The notes: a model not told the origin generated them from the sequence alone. Positions 29,331 through 40,544 are shown, numbered from the stretch's first letter. The stretch is DNA of 64,000 nt from Candidatus Bathyarchaeota archaeon (GCA_963775685.1 CAVZJV010000014.1:1056001-1120000); one strand, 5' to 3'. Numbers and translations are program-made.

Positions 29331-29500
29331 GAAGACATATCCAAACACAGGTATGCATTTTTGAATAAAAAGCAAGTTCAAAAAACCACAATATTAAAAA
29401 AATCGGAATATAGATGCCCAACCAAAAACCTCCAACGCTTCAACCTCTACAACACCTACAGATTACCAAAAAATAGAAAAGAGCTACAATTTACGCGCCG

Positions 29501-30092
29501 CTAACCCAGCCAAATAGTCTCCAGCAAGTTCTGGAAATGCTCCTCGCCTGTCAGAAGTCTACATTGATTTATCCTAGCAGTAACAAGACGATGGCGTCAA
29601 ATAAGCTAGAGTATTCTGCTTGAAACTTGTTGCTTTTACAACTAGTTCATTTTGACATGTTGCCGCTCCCAGAGCTATCGTTGAATCGATCTGCGCTATG
29701 ATTGAGGTCGCTGCGATGATATCTATCCATTCTATGACCTTATTCTCATCATTGCCTTCTTTTAGGAAATTTCGAGCAATCTCAGCTAACACACTGCGCG
29801 GAGTATACACTTCCTTAGCGGTTTCAAGTATTTCATCAACTTTCTTACCTTTTCGCTCCAAGCAACAACTCAACCCATGCATACGCATCAACTACGATCT
29901 TCACCAGATCCACCTCAATAAATGGCTCTATTTTATTTTTTGCAACCCCAAAACCTTTCTTCAGAACAGCACTACGCCGTCTTTTAACCAATAACTAAAT
30001 CATCTCATCCATCGTTTGAGCCCTAGTTTCTCTCTGAGATTTTCAAGTGCCGCCGCTGTTTTTTTGAAAAAAATGATGGTTAAATCATTCAT
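29501..30092 (-). pseudogene. Degraded VapBC pair: antitoxin remnant about 29900-30092, VapC 29501-29904
   Basis: MKIVVDAYAWVE...VYTP.SVLAEI...LLTGDEHFQNLLETIWLG across frames; upstream MNDLTII...LENLREKLG. Confidence 0.65.
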
Positions 30093-30578
30093 ACTAATCT
30101 CCCCAAACACCCACGCATACAAAAAACAAATATACAAATCTACAAATAAAACATTCACCAAAAACAGATCCCATAACGCAAACCCCGCAAACAAATTTCC
30201 CCAGACAAAACCACATCTTTCGAACAAACTACCCATCAGACCCCAAACCAAAACAAAATCCACCCCACTGCAAACGACTCCTCTCGGGTTTCAACCTAAA
30301 TCCCAAATTTGACAACCAAAACCCCCTAACAACAACCTAAACCACCAATTCCCAACAAAACAAGCACCAAAAAAAACCACAACAACCACAAAATCAAACA
30401 CACCAACATCGAACCTTCACATTCTGCATGTACGAAAGGTTCTTAAGGTATTGGGCATTCACATAAACGGCAATAAGGGCGAAACAAACGCCAATTCAGG
30501 TAACGACCAACCTCTACATTGGAGGAGGTCAGACCAACAAAAAAGGCTAAAAAAAGCCCGATGAAGAGGTGAAAAGGT

Positions 30579-30896
30579 ATGGAAAATATTTACGCAGCAA
30601 TGCTCCTTCACAAGGCAGGTAAAGAAATCAACGAAGATTCCGTAACTAAAGTTCTCATAGCAGCAGGCGTTACAGTTGACGAAATACAAGTCAAAGCACT
30701 CGTTGCATCACTTAGCGAAGTAAACATTGATGAAGCAATCAAAGCCGCACCAGCCATGATGGCAGCCGCACCAATCGCAGCTCCAGCAGAATCCAAACCA
30801 GCTGCAGCCGCACCAGAAGACAAGAAGAAGAAAGCTGAAGAAGAAAAAGCCAAAGAAGATGCAGCATTAGAAGGATTAGGCGCCCTATTCGGGTAA
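30579..30896 (+). CDS. rpl12: 50S ribosomal stalk protein P1/L12
   Basis: [11 protein letters not shown]...Ala-rich hinge...EGLGALFG; SD GAGGTGA. Confidence 0.97.
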   Translation: MENIYAAMLLHKAGKEINEDSVTKVLIAAGVTVDEIQVKALVASLSEVNIDEAIKAAPAMMAAAPIAAPAESKPAAAAPEDKKKKAEEEKAKEDAALEGLGALFG

Positions 30897-30970
30897 AAAA
30901 TAAGCCTTACACTTTTATTTTTAACCATTTTTCCCAAAAATATTTTATTATAATAACTAAATAACGCAAT

Positions 30971-32119
30971 TTATAGTGGGTTTACTGTTGGTTGCATGGA
31001 TTGCTCGATAGCGCCGACAGGCTTGTTTTCATTTTTTTTGACAGCAAGCAATTTCCAAACAACGATAGGTGCCCAACCGCTAAGAATCATCAGAGTCCCA
31101 GGGAACCCACCGATGTCACGCCCAACGATTGGATTAAGATAAGCTAAAATATCTGGCAAAAACGCTTCCCAAATCCCAAAAGCCACCGCCTCCGCAACAA
31201 CTGCTATAAACGCTGTTTTTTTGCCGAATTTATTGAACGTTTGAATCGCCAAAACGCCCGCAAAGAAGAAATCTCCAAGACCAAGCCCGCGAGGTGCAAA
31301 ACCAAAGAAACTAAGATAGCCTTCATGTGCTGGCAGGAGAGGAACATTCGGCAGATAAACTAGGACTGGAAGTCCCAGCCCTGTAAACTGATTGGCGGCT
31401 TGAACCATAGTTCCCGTTCCTATAACAAGCACAATGTCCATGATAGTTAAAAGAATTGCAAATAGCCCGACGGTTTTCCAACTAAACAAGGAGCTTAGAT
31501 AGAGAATTATCAGAATTGCAAATGTGAATCCAAAGACATCCATTAGAACCGGAACCCACACGTTGACTCCTCCGCTGTAGAAAACATTGAAGAAAACAAA
31601 GAGCAAAACAAACAATGCGGGGGGTTGAGCAGCTACATACCACCTTGCTTTGATGTCTGCTTTTTTCTGTTCAAACACGATTGTGCCAAAACAGAAAATT
31701 GCTAAACCAAAGAACGCCAACGCTCTATAAATTGATAAGCCATCAGAGAGGGGACCTAAAAGACTTGCCAACCCTGCAATTGTGCCTAAGATCCCAAAAC
31801 CCAGCGAAATTAGCTGTGCCCTTTTTTTAGCAAGGTTAGAGAAGACGTAGGAGAACGTAAAGAGGAGCATTGTGTATGAGCCCAGGAAGAGTATTAGGAA
31901 TATGTTTTGGAAAACTTGTTCGGGAGCAACAAGGGATGAGTAGGCTATGACCGAAACAGCAATAGCCATGAAAACGACCAGCAAAATAATGTCTCTTGTC
32001 TTAAACTGTCTCTCTTCAACGGTAGCCATCAATTTTCCTTCAACTTTCCTGTTGAGAAACAAAGCAACCATCACTACAACAAACAATGCAATAGGCATGG
32101 CCAGGTCAAGGGAGGGCAT
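30971..32119 (-). CDS. Presenilin/signal-peptide-peptidase-like GxGD intramembrane aspartyl protease
   Basis: Polytopic; LTIMDIVLV (first Asp), GLGLGDFF (GxGD), FPGT at the PAL position. Confidence 0.7.
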   Translation of the reverse strand: MPSLDLAMPIALFVVVMVALFLNRKVEGKLMATVEERQFKTRDIILLVVFMAIAVSVIAYSSLVAPEQVFQNIFLILFLGSYTMLLFTFSYVFSNLAKKRAQLISLGFGILGTIAGLASLLGPLSDGLSIYRALAFFGLAIFCFGTIVFEQKKADIKARWYVAAQPPALFVLLFVFFNVFYSGGVNVWVPVLMDVFGFTFAILIILYLSSLFSWKTVGLFAILLTIMDIVLVIGTGTMVQAANQFTGLGLPVLVYLPNVPLLPAHEGYLSFFGFAPRGLGLGDFFFAGVLAIQTFNKFGKKTAFIAVVAEAVAFGIWEAFLPDILAYLNPIVGRDIGGFPGTLMILSGWAPIVVWKLLAVKKNENKPVGAIEQSMQPTVNPL

Positions 32120-32190
32120 AGACCCCAAATAAACAACTGAAGCTTTTATGCCTTTAGTCAAAACCCCTCAAAACAGCAAAGAAAAAAAGG

Positions 32191-33042
32191 TCACCATCGG
32201 AAATATACGTTAAAGATAGCTAACGTTGCTAAGAGCGCCTCTTCCATGCGAACCGTCGCCGTACCCTGACAAGGAACAGTGTTGACCACAAAATCACAAA
32301 GGGCAGACAACCTTAAGCCTTCATCCTGGACAATCTCATACAAGCCACGCGATGGAGCACCAAACGCAACCAAAACCCGCTGGCTACCAGCCCATTCCAA
32401 ACCGATTTTCTCAGCAACATCTACAAAGTTGACGCCCACTCTTGCCGTCGCAATCTTCAAATCAAAACAATCATCCACAAATTGCCCAAATGACCGCTTT
32501 TCCACGCGAACGCTATATCCCCAATATTGCGGAACATCTTCACGGCTTGCAGCCTGAACCTCAATCTGCCTTCCAACGTTGACCACTTGCAGAGTTAAAC
32601 GGTTCCCCATAGCAAACCCCGTTTGCCGCAAAAGCGCCAACTGCTGAACCCCAATATCCACGACCAAACCCTCTTTAGTCTCAGACAAAACCACACCTTC
32701 ACGGTACTCACCCACCTGCAAATGCTTAGTCTTACCACTCAAAGGATGATGAGGCGTTCGAAGAGGCGGAAGAATACCAGCAAACTCTAAGTCAGGTTCA
32801 AGTTTAAAGAGACTTTTTCGCAGGTACTGGGGAGTTTCGAGATAATTGAGCAGAAGAGCAATAAAATCCAAATCTCTGCGCTGGTCTACCGTAGGATTGT
32901 CGGGATAGACGATAATTTCGTCGACTCGGAAAATCGCCGCAGCTCGCCCAATCAAACCGACCTTGGCTGTTTTCTCCCTTAAGTGAGGAGTGTCGGAGAT
33001 CGCGGATGCTGGGATGGCAATTGAAAGCTTCTTTTTATCCAT
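32191..33042 (-). CDS. SPOUT RNA methyltransferase (DUF171/MTH1-like)
   Basis: GRAAAIFRVDEI, ETPQYLRK, GILPPLRTPHH, QGTATVRMEEA. Confidence 0.9.
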   Translation of the reverse strand: MDKKKLSIAIPASAISDTPHLREKTAKVGLIGRAAAIFRVDEIIVYPDNPTVDQRRDLDFIALLLNYLETPQYLRKSLFKLEPDLEFAGILPPLRTPHHPLSGKTKHLQVGEYREGVVLSETKEGLVVDIGVQQLALLRQTGFAMGNRLTLQVVNVGRQIEVQAASREDVPQYWGYSVRVEKRSFGQFVDDCFDLKIATARVGVNFVDVAEKIGLEWAGSQRVLVAFGAPSRGLYEIVQDEGLRLSALCDFVVNTVPCQGTATVRMEEALLATLAIFNVYFRW

Positions 33043-33131
33043 AACATTGCTGCTCCTGAATTGTTGTCTGCGTTGAGCTTAAAAGGCGGAGATGAGATAT
33101 AAAACTGCGTATTACTCGGAGGACACAAAAC

Positions 33132-34232
33132 TTGGTCACCCCAGCTTTGGATAATCAAGAAAAAATCTCACTTATTGATAAAAGTGGAATGCTAAACTTT
33201 TCGATGAACGCCGCTCAACATTACCGCGAAGCTGCAGAAGTAGCCGAGAAAATCCAAGTTAACTATCCTAAACCGGCCAACATTGTAGTTGCGGGTTTGG
33301 GCGGCTCAGCCATCGGCGGCGACTTACTTAAAGACTGGGCAAAAACCCAGCTTAGTGTACCCATTGAAGTTAGCCGAGAATACCAACTACCAGAGTACGC
33401 AAACAAAAACACACTCGCTCTAATCTGCAGCTACTCAGGCGACACCGAAGAAACCCTCAGCAGCTTTCTTGACGCGCTCAAACGCAAATGCATGATCTTC
33501 TGCATAAGCAGCGGCGGGGCTCTTATCAAACAAGCCCAAGAACACAAAGTGCCATACCTGCAAGTTCCCGCCGGCATGCCTCCCCGCGCAGCCTTGCCCT
33601 ACATGCTAGTGCCCCTGCTTATTTTGATGGAGAAAATAGGCCTAGTTAAAGACGTAAAAAAAGAACTCGACGAGGCTATAGTGCTGCTCAAGAAAATTAG
33701 CTATGAAAATGGCCCAGAAATGCCAACCAGAGACAACTTTGCAAAAACAGTCGCCACACACATCGGAGATTCAGCACCTGCAATCTATGGGTTTGGCTTT
33801 TACCGCAGCGTAGCACAACGATTTAAGCAGCAATTCAACGAAAACGCCAAGTCAGCGGCAAAATGGGAGGTGTTCCCTGAACTTGACCATAACGAGATTG
33901 TAGGTTGGGAAGGCAGAGGCGAACAATGCAAATATTTTTCAGTAATCTTCATCCGCGACAGCAACGAACCAGTCGAAATCGAGAGCAGAATTGAAATCAC
34001 CAAACAAATCATGGAACAGGCAGGCCTGATAATGTTTGATTTGAATGTACAAGGCAAAAGCACACTGGCAAAGATGCTATCAACCATAGTCGTAGGCGAC
34101 TTCACCAGTATCTACTTAGCCATCCTACGGGGAACAGATCCAACACCAGTAAAAACCATTAATGTACTAAAAAACACACTCACACAAAACGGAATTAAAG
34201 AGGAAATAATTGAAAAGCTAGAAAAAATCTAG
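33132..34232 (+). CDS. Bifunctional phosphoglucose/phosphomannose isomerase
   Basis: GLGGSAIGG, SYSGDTEET, PPRAAL, QFNENAK, PELDHNEI. Confidence 0.92.
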   Translation: MVTPALDNQEKISLIDKSGMLNFSMNAAQHYREAAEVAEKIQVNYPKPANIVVAGLGGSAIGGDLLKDWAKTQLSVPIEVSREYQLPEYANKNTLALICSYSGDTEETLSSFLDALKRKCMIFCISSGGALIKQAQEHKVPYLQVPAGMPPRAALPYMLVPLLILMEKIGLVKDVKKELDEAIVLLKKISYENGPEMPTRDNFAKTVATHIGDSAPAIYGFGFYRSVAQRFKQQFNENAKSAAKWEVFPELDHNEIVGWEGRGEQCKYFSVIFIRDSNEPVEIESRIEITKQIMEQAGLIMFDLNVQGKSTLAKMLSTIVVGDFTSIYLAILRGTDPTPVKTINVLKNTLTQNGIKEEIIEKLEKI

Positions 34233-35282
34233 CCGACAAATTTTTTGAACTGCTCCTCCGCTACTTCAAGCGAAAGCATCTGAGGTGGACGCTTAAACCC
34301 ATAAGCACAAACTGGCTCTATGGCGCCATTTTGCTTCTCTGTCAACGCAAGCTTTACTGCCCGGATTACATCAAAGAGCACTGAACCCGCGTTTGGGGCA
34401 TCGACGGTTTGGAATTTGAGGTCAATTTTCATGGGTGTATTGCAGAAATAGACACCGCTTATCCAGAAGTAACTGTCACGCTTGTTCTGCAAGAAGTCCA
34501 CATAGTCGGTTGAACCTGCGACGATTTCGGCTTTGTAGGGGATTGATGCGGCTACAGATTCGGTTTTGATGGTTCGTTTGGCGTCGCGTGCGCGGTCCAT
34601 GGTGTCCACGGATTCATTGCCTCCGCCTACGTCTAGCTGGTAGGTTTCGTTGATTCGGACTCCACTGTCTGAAAGAAGCTTGAGAAGGGTTTTGTGTAGC
34701 GCGGTTGAGCCGACTTGATCGACAAGGTCATCGCCCACAAGCGGCAAATTTGCATCAGCGAACTTTCTTGCCCATGCGGGATCGCTGGCGATGAAGGTTG
34801 GTGTCGCGTTGATGAACGCGCATCCTGCAGCTATAGCTTGTTCAGCGTAGAACTGCGAAGCTCTCGTGGCTCCGCTTGGAAGAAGGTTAATTATCATTTC
34901 TGCTCCTGAGGCCTTAAGGACTTTCCCAACATCCACGTCGGCGGCTTTGCTAACAGAAATAAGATCCTTCGTCGAGTTTCCCACGCCATCCAGCAATGGT
35001 CCCTTGCTAACTTTGACGCTTGACGCGGGTACATCGCAGACTTTTGGAGCATTGTTGGGTTTCGCAAAAATGGCCTCAGAGAGGTCCAAGCCAACTTTGT
35101 ATTCGCCGATGTCAAAGGCTGCAACAATCTCGATGTCTTTTGGGCTCAAGCCTGCCAATGTTGGGTGACGAAGGCCGATACAGTCCTCTTGATTTTTGGA
35201 ATTTACTATAATATTGGATGCCTTGGAGGAGTGATGAGGCGCAGTTTCCAACGCCGATTAATGCAACTTTAACTTTGGGCAT
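34229..35282 (-). CDS. ino1: myo-inositol-1-phosphate synthase; +1 frameshift near 35196
   Basis: True N-terminus MPKVKVALIGVGNCASSLLQG (ATG 35282) joins IVAAFDI...GDD...YQLDVGG...DAPNAG. Confidence 0.85.
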
Positions 35283-35483
35283 ACTTTGCACCTTGATTGG
35301 CTTTTCTATTTGCGTTTGCCTATAAAAAGCTACGCTGCATAAACCTTAGGAAATAGAATTTAAGTCCAAAAACCCCCCAAAAAGCTCAGAAAAAACACCT
35401 CAACCATTCAGGATAACAACTATTCGCAACGATTATGCAGTTATTCTTATTAGAAGCTGTTCCCAAAGCATAAACAACTATTT

Positions 35484-36503
35484 TTGAGGAAACTCAAAAT
35501 GAAGGCTCAACTACTCACAGGAATTGACAAGATAGAAAACCACCCATTAACATACACAGCTGTCAATGACCCAGTTCCAGAAAGCGACCAAGTCCTAATC
35601 AAAGTCAAAGCCTGTGGCGTTTGTTATAGCAACTTGCATATGATAGAGGGTGATCTTAGGCAGTTTGGAGTCCCAGCTAAACTGCCCATCATTCCAGGAC
35701 ACGAAGTCACTGGCGAAATTCAGGAAATTGGCAGCTTAGTGGAGGAATTCCAGCGGGGGGATAGGGTGGGTGTGCAAGTGCTTTGGAAAACTGATGGGAC
35801 ATGCGAGTTTTGTTTGAGTGGGAGAGAAAATCTCTGTCTAAAACGGCAGACCACAGGAGAAGTCGTTGATGGTGGATTCGCAGAGTTCATGACGGCGCCA
35901 GCCGCTTTTGTTTATCATTTGCCCGATAACTTGGGGTTTGAGGAGAGCGCATCGCTGTTTTGCCCCGGTATCACTGCATACCATGCCGTTAAGCGGGCTA
36001 ATGTGCAGTTCGGCCAAAAAGTCGCCGTCATAGGCATTGGTGGCGTGGGGCATATGACACTACAGTTTGCTAAGTTAGCAGGGGCAGAAACAATAGCTGT
36101 TGACACTTCTGAAGCAAAGCTAAAGTTGGCGCAAGATATCGGTGCTGACCACACCTTAACTCCGAGGGAACTTGACGGTTATATTCTGAATAATGGCAGA
36201 CCAGAGGTGGTAATGGTCCATGCACCGTCCCAGAAAGCCGTTGAACAAGCGTTACGGATTATTAAGCGAGGGGGCACGGTTCTAATGGGCGTAATTGGGG
36301 ATACTCGAATTAGTTTTCCAGAAGAATATTCAGTTATAGGGAGCTTCATAGGTACAAGGCATGAGATGAATGAGACCCTGAAGTTGGCATCCACGGGCAA
36401 GATAAGGGTGGATTATACCACATATAGACTTAGCGACGCTGAGGACGTATTAATCATGCTTAAGCAGGGCAAGATTGTAGGAAGAGCAATACTAGTACCT
36501 TAA
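35484..36503 (+). CDS. Zn-dependent alcohol dehydrogenase (MDR family)
   Basis: CGVC, GHE, CEFC...ENLC, GIGGVG. Confidence 0.93.
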   Translation: MRKLKMKAQLLTGIDKIENHPLTYTAVNDPVPESDQVLIKVKACGVCYSNLHMIEGDLRQFGVPAKLPIIPGHEVTGEIQEIGSLVEEFQRGDRVGVQVLWKTDGTCEFCLSGRENLCLKRQTTGEVVDGGFAEFMTAPAAFVYHLPDNLGFEESASLFCPGITAYHAVKRANVQFGQKVAVIGIGGVGHMTLQFAKLAGAETIAVDTSEAKLKLAQDIGADHTLTPRELDGYILNNGRPEVVMVHAPSQKAVEQALRIIKRGGTVLMGVIGDTRISFPEEYSVIGSFIGTRHEMNETLKLASTGKIRVDYTTYRLSDAEDVLIMLKQGKIVGRAILVP

Positions 36504-36677
36504 CAACTCAACATCTCTTGCCTGATCCCTTCCCCTTATTTATTGTCTTAGCGTTTGCAGGCTTCTAGATAGTTTTGCCTGTTGGAGGCAATTTGGGCAG
36601 CGACCTACATAAAAAGTTTAGTTCAAAAGAAACGCTTATTAAACGAGGCTGGGTAACTTTCAGAAGCCAGATGCTTT

Positions 36678-36755
36678 GGGCGAGTAGATCAGTCTGGCAT
36701 GATCGCCACGTTGGCATCGTGGAGGTCCCGGGTTCAAATCCCGGCTCGTCCACCA
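36678..36755 (+). tRNA. tRNA-Ala(GGC), CCA encoded, no intron
   Basis: Acceptor stem GGGCGAG/CTCGTCC with G3:U70, anticodon arm CCACG-TTGGCAT-CGTGG, T-arm GGTTCAAATCC, discriminator A plus CCA. Confidence 0.96.
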
Positions 36756-36772
36756 ATTCCTCAGCCACAAGT

Positions 36773-37345
36773 TCATTGATTATAATAATTAATATCGTCA
36801 ACTAAATTTGCCATTGCCAACCTTTGTGCAAAAAATTTGTCCACAAATAAACTGTCTTTTCTCATTCGTTTCACTTCCATGTTTGTTCCTATCTTTAGCA
36901 GTTCTTGGGAAACCTTTCTTTCTGGTCTTGGGAACCCCATGGACTGCATCTTTAGGGGGTCAATATGTGTTCTTATTGAGACGTTTTTGTACCAATGCTC
37001 TGCAGGGGTTTTTGGTTTCGCTTTTATCCAAGCTATCTTTTCGTGTTCTATTTGTTCTTCGAACTCGGGGAAGTCTGGCGATTTTTCGTCTAGGATGTGG
37101 CCTATTTCATGTCGAACAATTAATTTTGTTGTATTTGTCAGTTTATGGGCATCTACGTCGCGTTTGACAGCTATCTTGATTTCTGTATCCACAACTTCAG
37201 ATACGCCTCCAACATCGAAGGCGTCCACCGCAGTTATTTCAAATTGCTCTAGCTTTTTCACTGCCTGGTCGCCGTACTCCGTCTTTAAGAAATCCTTGGC
37301 ATATTGCTTTATCTGTTCTTCGATAAGCTTTGCAGTGGTCTCCAA
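36773..37345 (-). CDS. Hypothetical protein with HExxH (HEIGH) zincin-like motif
   Basis: LIVRHEIGHIL...EHEKIAW; SD AGGAGAGG before TTG 37345. Confidence 0.6.
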   Translation of the reverse strand: METTAKLIEEQIKQYAKDFLKTEYGDQAVKKLEQFEITAVDAFDVGGVSEVVDTEIKIAVKRDVDAHKLTNTTKLIVRHEIGHILDEKSPDFPEFEEQIEHEKIAWIKAKPKTPAEHWYKNVSIRTHIDPLKMQSMGFPRPERKVSQELLKIGTNMEVKRMRKDSLFVDKFFAQRLAMANLVDDINYYNQ

Positions 37346-37597
37346 AAGCCTCTCCTTTCCCTTCGCCTTTCTCAAACCACAATACAATAGAACTGATTTA
37401 ATGGCTTGTTCCACAAACAGCACTATTCCAAAACTCGTAATATCACATTGAGGCATCAAAAAGGTTGATAAAGCTCAAATTTCAACCAACTCAAAAATCA
37501 TGCATGTTACTGACAAACAAAAAGAACACGGCTCGTTAAATGCTCCGGCAACCATCATTGGTTGCAATGCTTAACGATTAAATCTGGCTATACTGAC

Positions 37598-38842
37598 TTA
37601 GTTATTTCTTTTGGTTGCTTTCGAGTTCGGTTCTTCCAGCCAGTTTCTTGATTTCATCAGGGTTTTACCAGCAAACTTTAGTTCCAATGCGCCTTCGTAA
37701 GGACAAATTTCAACGCAACGTGCGCAGAGCATACATCTAGATTCGGTGACGTCTCCGCCTTTCTTCTCATACATATCGGTTGCTCCAGTAGGGCAGACGC
37801 GTTTGCAGACACCGCATTTGGTGCATTTGTGTTCATCTTTTTGAAGCTTTGTCAAGGCTATTTGTTTGAAAGGCGTAAACGTGCTAAACAGCGCCGTTAA
37901 GCCGCCTAAGGGGCAGATTCGGCACCAGAATCGCCTGTAAGCCAGAGCCAAAATCGTAACTGCAATTAGAATCGCCAGATTTATGGATGTTAAGTAGAAG
38001 CCTGATATCCAGTAGGGACCATAGACGATTTGGGATATGTAGGACCAATTCATTTGGCCGATGCCGACTTCAATTAAAATGCATAAGGGTCTTGCTGGGC
38101 AGATTAGGCAGAAGGGCTCATTGATGTTGCTGACGATGCCAGCTTCAGTTCCCTCTGGACCCCCCACTCGGGTACCAGGGATAAGTTCTGTACCAAAAAT
38201 GGCGTATGAAGCAAAGATAACGCTTAAAATCATAAAGACCGCGATTATGATGTATCGTGACTGTCCAAGCTTTGAGCTTGTTTTGTCGGACATGCTCAGG
38301 TGGCGCAGTCGAACGGATTTGCGTATTCTTGTCAGACCGTCTTGGTAGAGCCCAAACGGACAGAGCCAGCCGCAAAATGACCTGCCCAAGATTATAGCTG
38401 CTACAGCAATCATGCCAATCACTACTGCTATTTTTTCCAACCCAGAAGTAGAGTAGATGACTTCGTATCCTCTGGGGGCGTCCCAGAACGGGAAAACGTA
38501 GGCTTGCAACTGCCAGATGGCACAGGTGACAGTTCGCCCATTGGGGTAGTAACACGCTAAGATAGGAAGAGATATTCCGTCGGGGAACTGATTGCCTAGA
38601 AAGTCGGCGCCAATTAAGCGGTCACGAGGTGATATGCCCAAAGGTCGCCACAAGGGTTGGTCAAAGGGACCAATTATAAGCCCCATGAATATTGCAACGA
38701 CGGCGACGACTTGGATAAAGAGCCTTAGTGAACTGATTTTTCGGGTTTTGTCTTTGGATAGTTTGAGAATAAGAATAATTCCTATTGCCACTATCAGGGC
38801 GTAAGCTGAAATGGCGATCAAGGGCGAGTTTTCCCAAGGCAT
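37598..38842 (-). CDS. Membrane 4Fe-4S ferredoxin-type protein (NapH/YccM-like)
   Basis: FCGWLCPFG, FWCRICPLG, and two CxxCxxCxxxCP clusters. Confidence 0.88.
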   Translation of the reverse strand: MPWENSPLIAISAYALIVAIGIILILKLSKDKTRKISSLRLFIQVVAVVAIFMGLIIGPFDQPLWRPLGISPRDRLIGADFLGNQFPDGISLPILACYYPNGRTVTCAIWQLQAYVFPFWDAPRGYEVIYSTSGLEKIAVVIGMIAVAAIILGRSFCGWLCPFGLYQDGLTRIRKSVRLRHLSMSDKTSSKLGQSRYIIIAVFMILSVIFASYAIFGTELIPGTRVGGPEGTEAGIVSNINEPFCLICPARPLCILIEVGIGQMNWSYISQIVYGPYWISGFYLTSINLAILIAVTILALAYRRFWCRICPLGGLTALFSTFTPFKQIALTKLQKDEHKCTKCGVCKRVCPTGATDMYEKKGGDVTESRCMLCARCVEICPYEGALELKFAGKTLMKSRNWLEEPNSKATKRNN

Positions 38843-38845
38843 CTT

Positions 38846-39523
38846 TTAGCATCTCACCTTAAATCTAATCACTAAGGCAGCTGCAACGATAACCGCAAAC
38901 AAGATCGCCGTTGTTATGATTATGGAATGCTGCTGGTAAAAGGGCAAATTGCTCTCAGTTGAAATGTTAAAGCCATAATGGGTTACGGTTACGTTTCCCG
39001 TTAACCCAGAAATAACCACTGTGTCGTCAGGTAACAGGTTCCAGTGGTCGCCTTCCGCCAGAAAAACACTGTTTGGCACCGTCAAACCTGGAATCGTAAC
39101 TGTCCACTCGCTTAGGTGGGTTGACTGCGAAGAATTCAGACATAAGTTAATGGTTTGTGTACCTGTCCCCTGCACGTTGCAACGTATGAAGGCGTTTCTG
39201 CTAAAAAATTGACTTGATCGAAAAGACCAAACGGTCAGGTTAGAGTCTTCTACAGAGACCTTAAGGTTGCCTAAAGGCAGGGAGCCGTTTAGTCTTAAAT
39301 CGTTAAAGGTCCAGGTGTCGTTTTCCAGGATTGCTGAGGAAAAAGAGCCTTCAAGTGCGAAGCGTACAGAACCGTTGCGTTCAGGTATGATGAACTGATC
39401 TGACGTCGTAAAAGTTGTGGCATCTTGAGCCTTCACGTTGAGGCATAGGGATGGAAAAAACAAAACTATTATAATAGCCGCTGCAAGCCCAATTGGAACT
39501 GGTTTGCTAGTGGTTGCCTTCAA
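38846..39523 (-). CDS. Secreted, C-terminally anchored hypothetical protein
   Basis: Signal peptide ending VKAQ, beta-rich body, C-terminal TM. Confidence 0.7.
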   Translation of the reverse strand: MKATTSKPVPIGLAAAIIIVLFFPSLCLNVKAQDATTFTTSDQFIIPERNGSVRFALEGSFSSAILENDTWTFNDLRLNGSLPLGNLKVSVEDSNLTVWSFRSSQFFSRNAFIRCNVQGTGTQTINLCLNSSQSTHLSEWTVTIPGLTVPNSVFLAEGDHWNLLPDDTVVISGLTGNVTVTHYGFNISTESNLPFYQQHSIIITTAILFAVIVAAALVIRFKVRC

Positions 39524-39611
39524 AGTCTCACAGTTGGTAGGATAATTGCTATGTTAAGTTATAAGCCTTTGCAATCTTACAGTTTACGGTCTAAAGATTA
39601 GCCAACTGTTT

Positions 39612-40311
39612 TTAGATGTCAAAATCTTCTCCAGAGCTGGGTTTTTGTTCAGGCTTCTGTTCCGGCGGAGGAGTTTCCTTGTTGACTTGAAGTTTGGCTC
39701 GGCGCTGGCTGGGCCTTCGTTCGTTTTCTGCGCAATACAAGAACTACCGCCAACAAAACAGCGATAACGATAACTGCTACAACTGCACCATAGAGCTGCA
39801 GGTCAGGTTGCCCACTGGCTGCCCTCCTCCTGAAGGTGCGGCTGTTGCTGTGGGTCCAGCGGTCTGGCCATTGCTACCTATAACCACCACAGAGGTTGTG
39901 GGAGAGTTCCAAGACAACGTAGTTGACGAGGCGCCTTGGGTATAATCTATACCAACGTAATAATCATGTATGCCCAACGTGACATTTGCTGGAACACTAA
40001 TATGCCATTTGAGGGAAATTGTAAGTCCCGCCAGCTTGAACCGTAATAGGTTGACTGGATAAATCGAATCCGACAAAGTTGTCAGCTGCCATCCAGTCAA
40101 AGTTTAATCCTACACGGGTTATTTGTATTGCAGCAGAGGAGTTGCTGGTGAAGAATACAGTTGCAGAAACCGTTTGCCCAGGTTGCAGAGTCGAGGGAGA
40201 GAAGAAAGTGTGAACGGAAGCTTCATCTTGGTTAAGTGCGGTTACAAAACCGCTGCATAAAATCGCGGCAAAGACAAGAATTAGGATAAGTAATATTCGA
40301 ACTGCCTTCAT
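39612..40311 (-). CDS. Secreted Ig-like, membrane-anchored protein broken by indels
   Basis: ORFs 39997..40347 and 39777..40100 are consecutive pieces; TM and a Pro/Gln-rich tail ending EDFDI* follow in other frames. Confidence 0.55.
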
Positions 40312-40544
40312 TTGAATCTCCTCTAACACCTTTATAGTTACCAGCATTTATGGTTTTTTAACTTTCCCCCAAAACATACCAGTATTGCCTCAAAAACGAC
40401 AAAAATTAAAGTTTAACAAGACTACTTAGCTCGGGTCGTCTACTGATACTCAATTCTGGGCAAGCAGTCAACCTTTGCTTTCCGAAACTTTACGATAGTC
40501 TTAAGTTACCGCAAACCGTTTTGGCAGGTGGGAAACAACGAAGA

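Noticed and set aside
30000-30312. ORFs 30000..30263 (-) and 30016..30312 (+)
   Set aside because: Mostly translate the C/A-rich tract; only the last ~30 codons of the minus ORF resemble an antitoxin remnant
36565-36805. ORFs overlapping the tRNA, and a possible tRNA-integrated element
   Set aside because: Shadow ORFs of tRNA-Ala; no integrase, and I did not find a duplicated tRNA 3' end in the window
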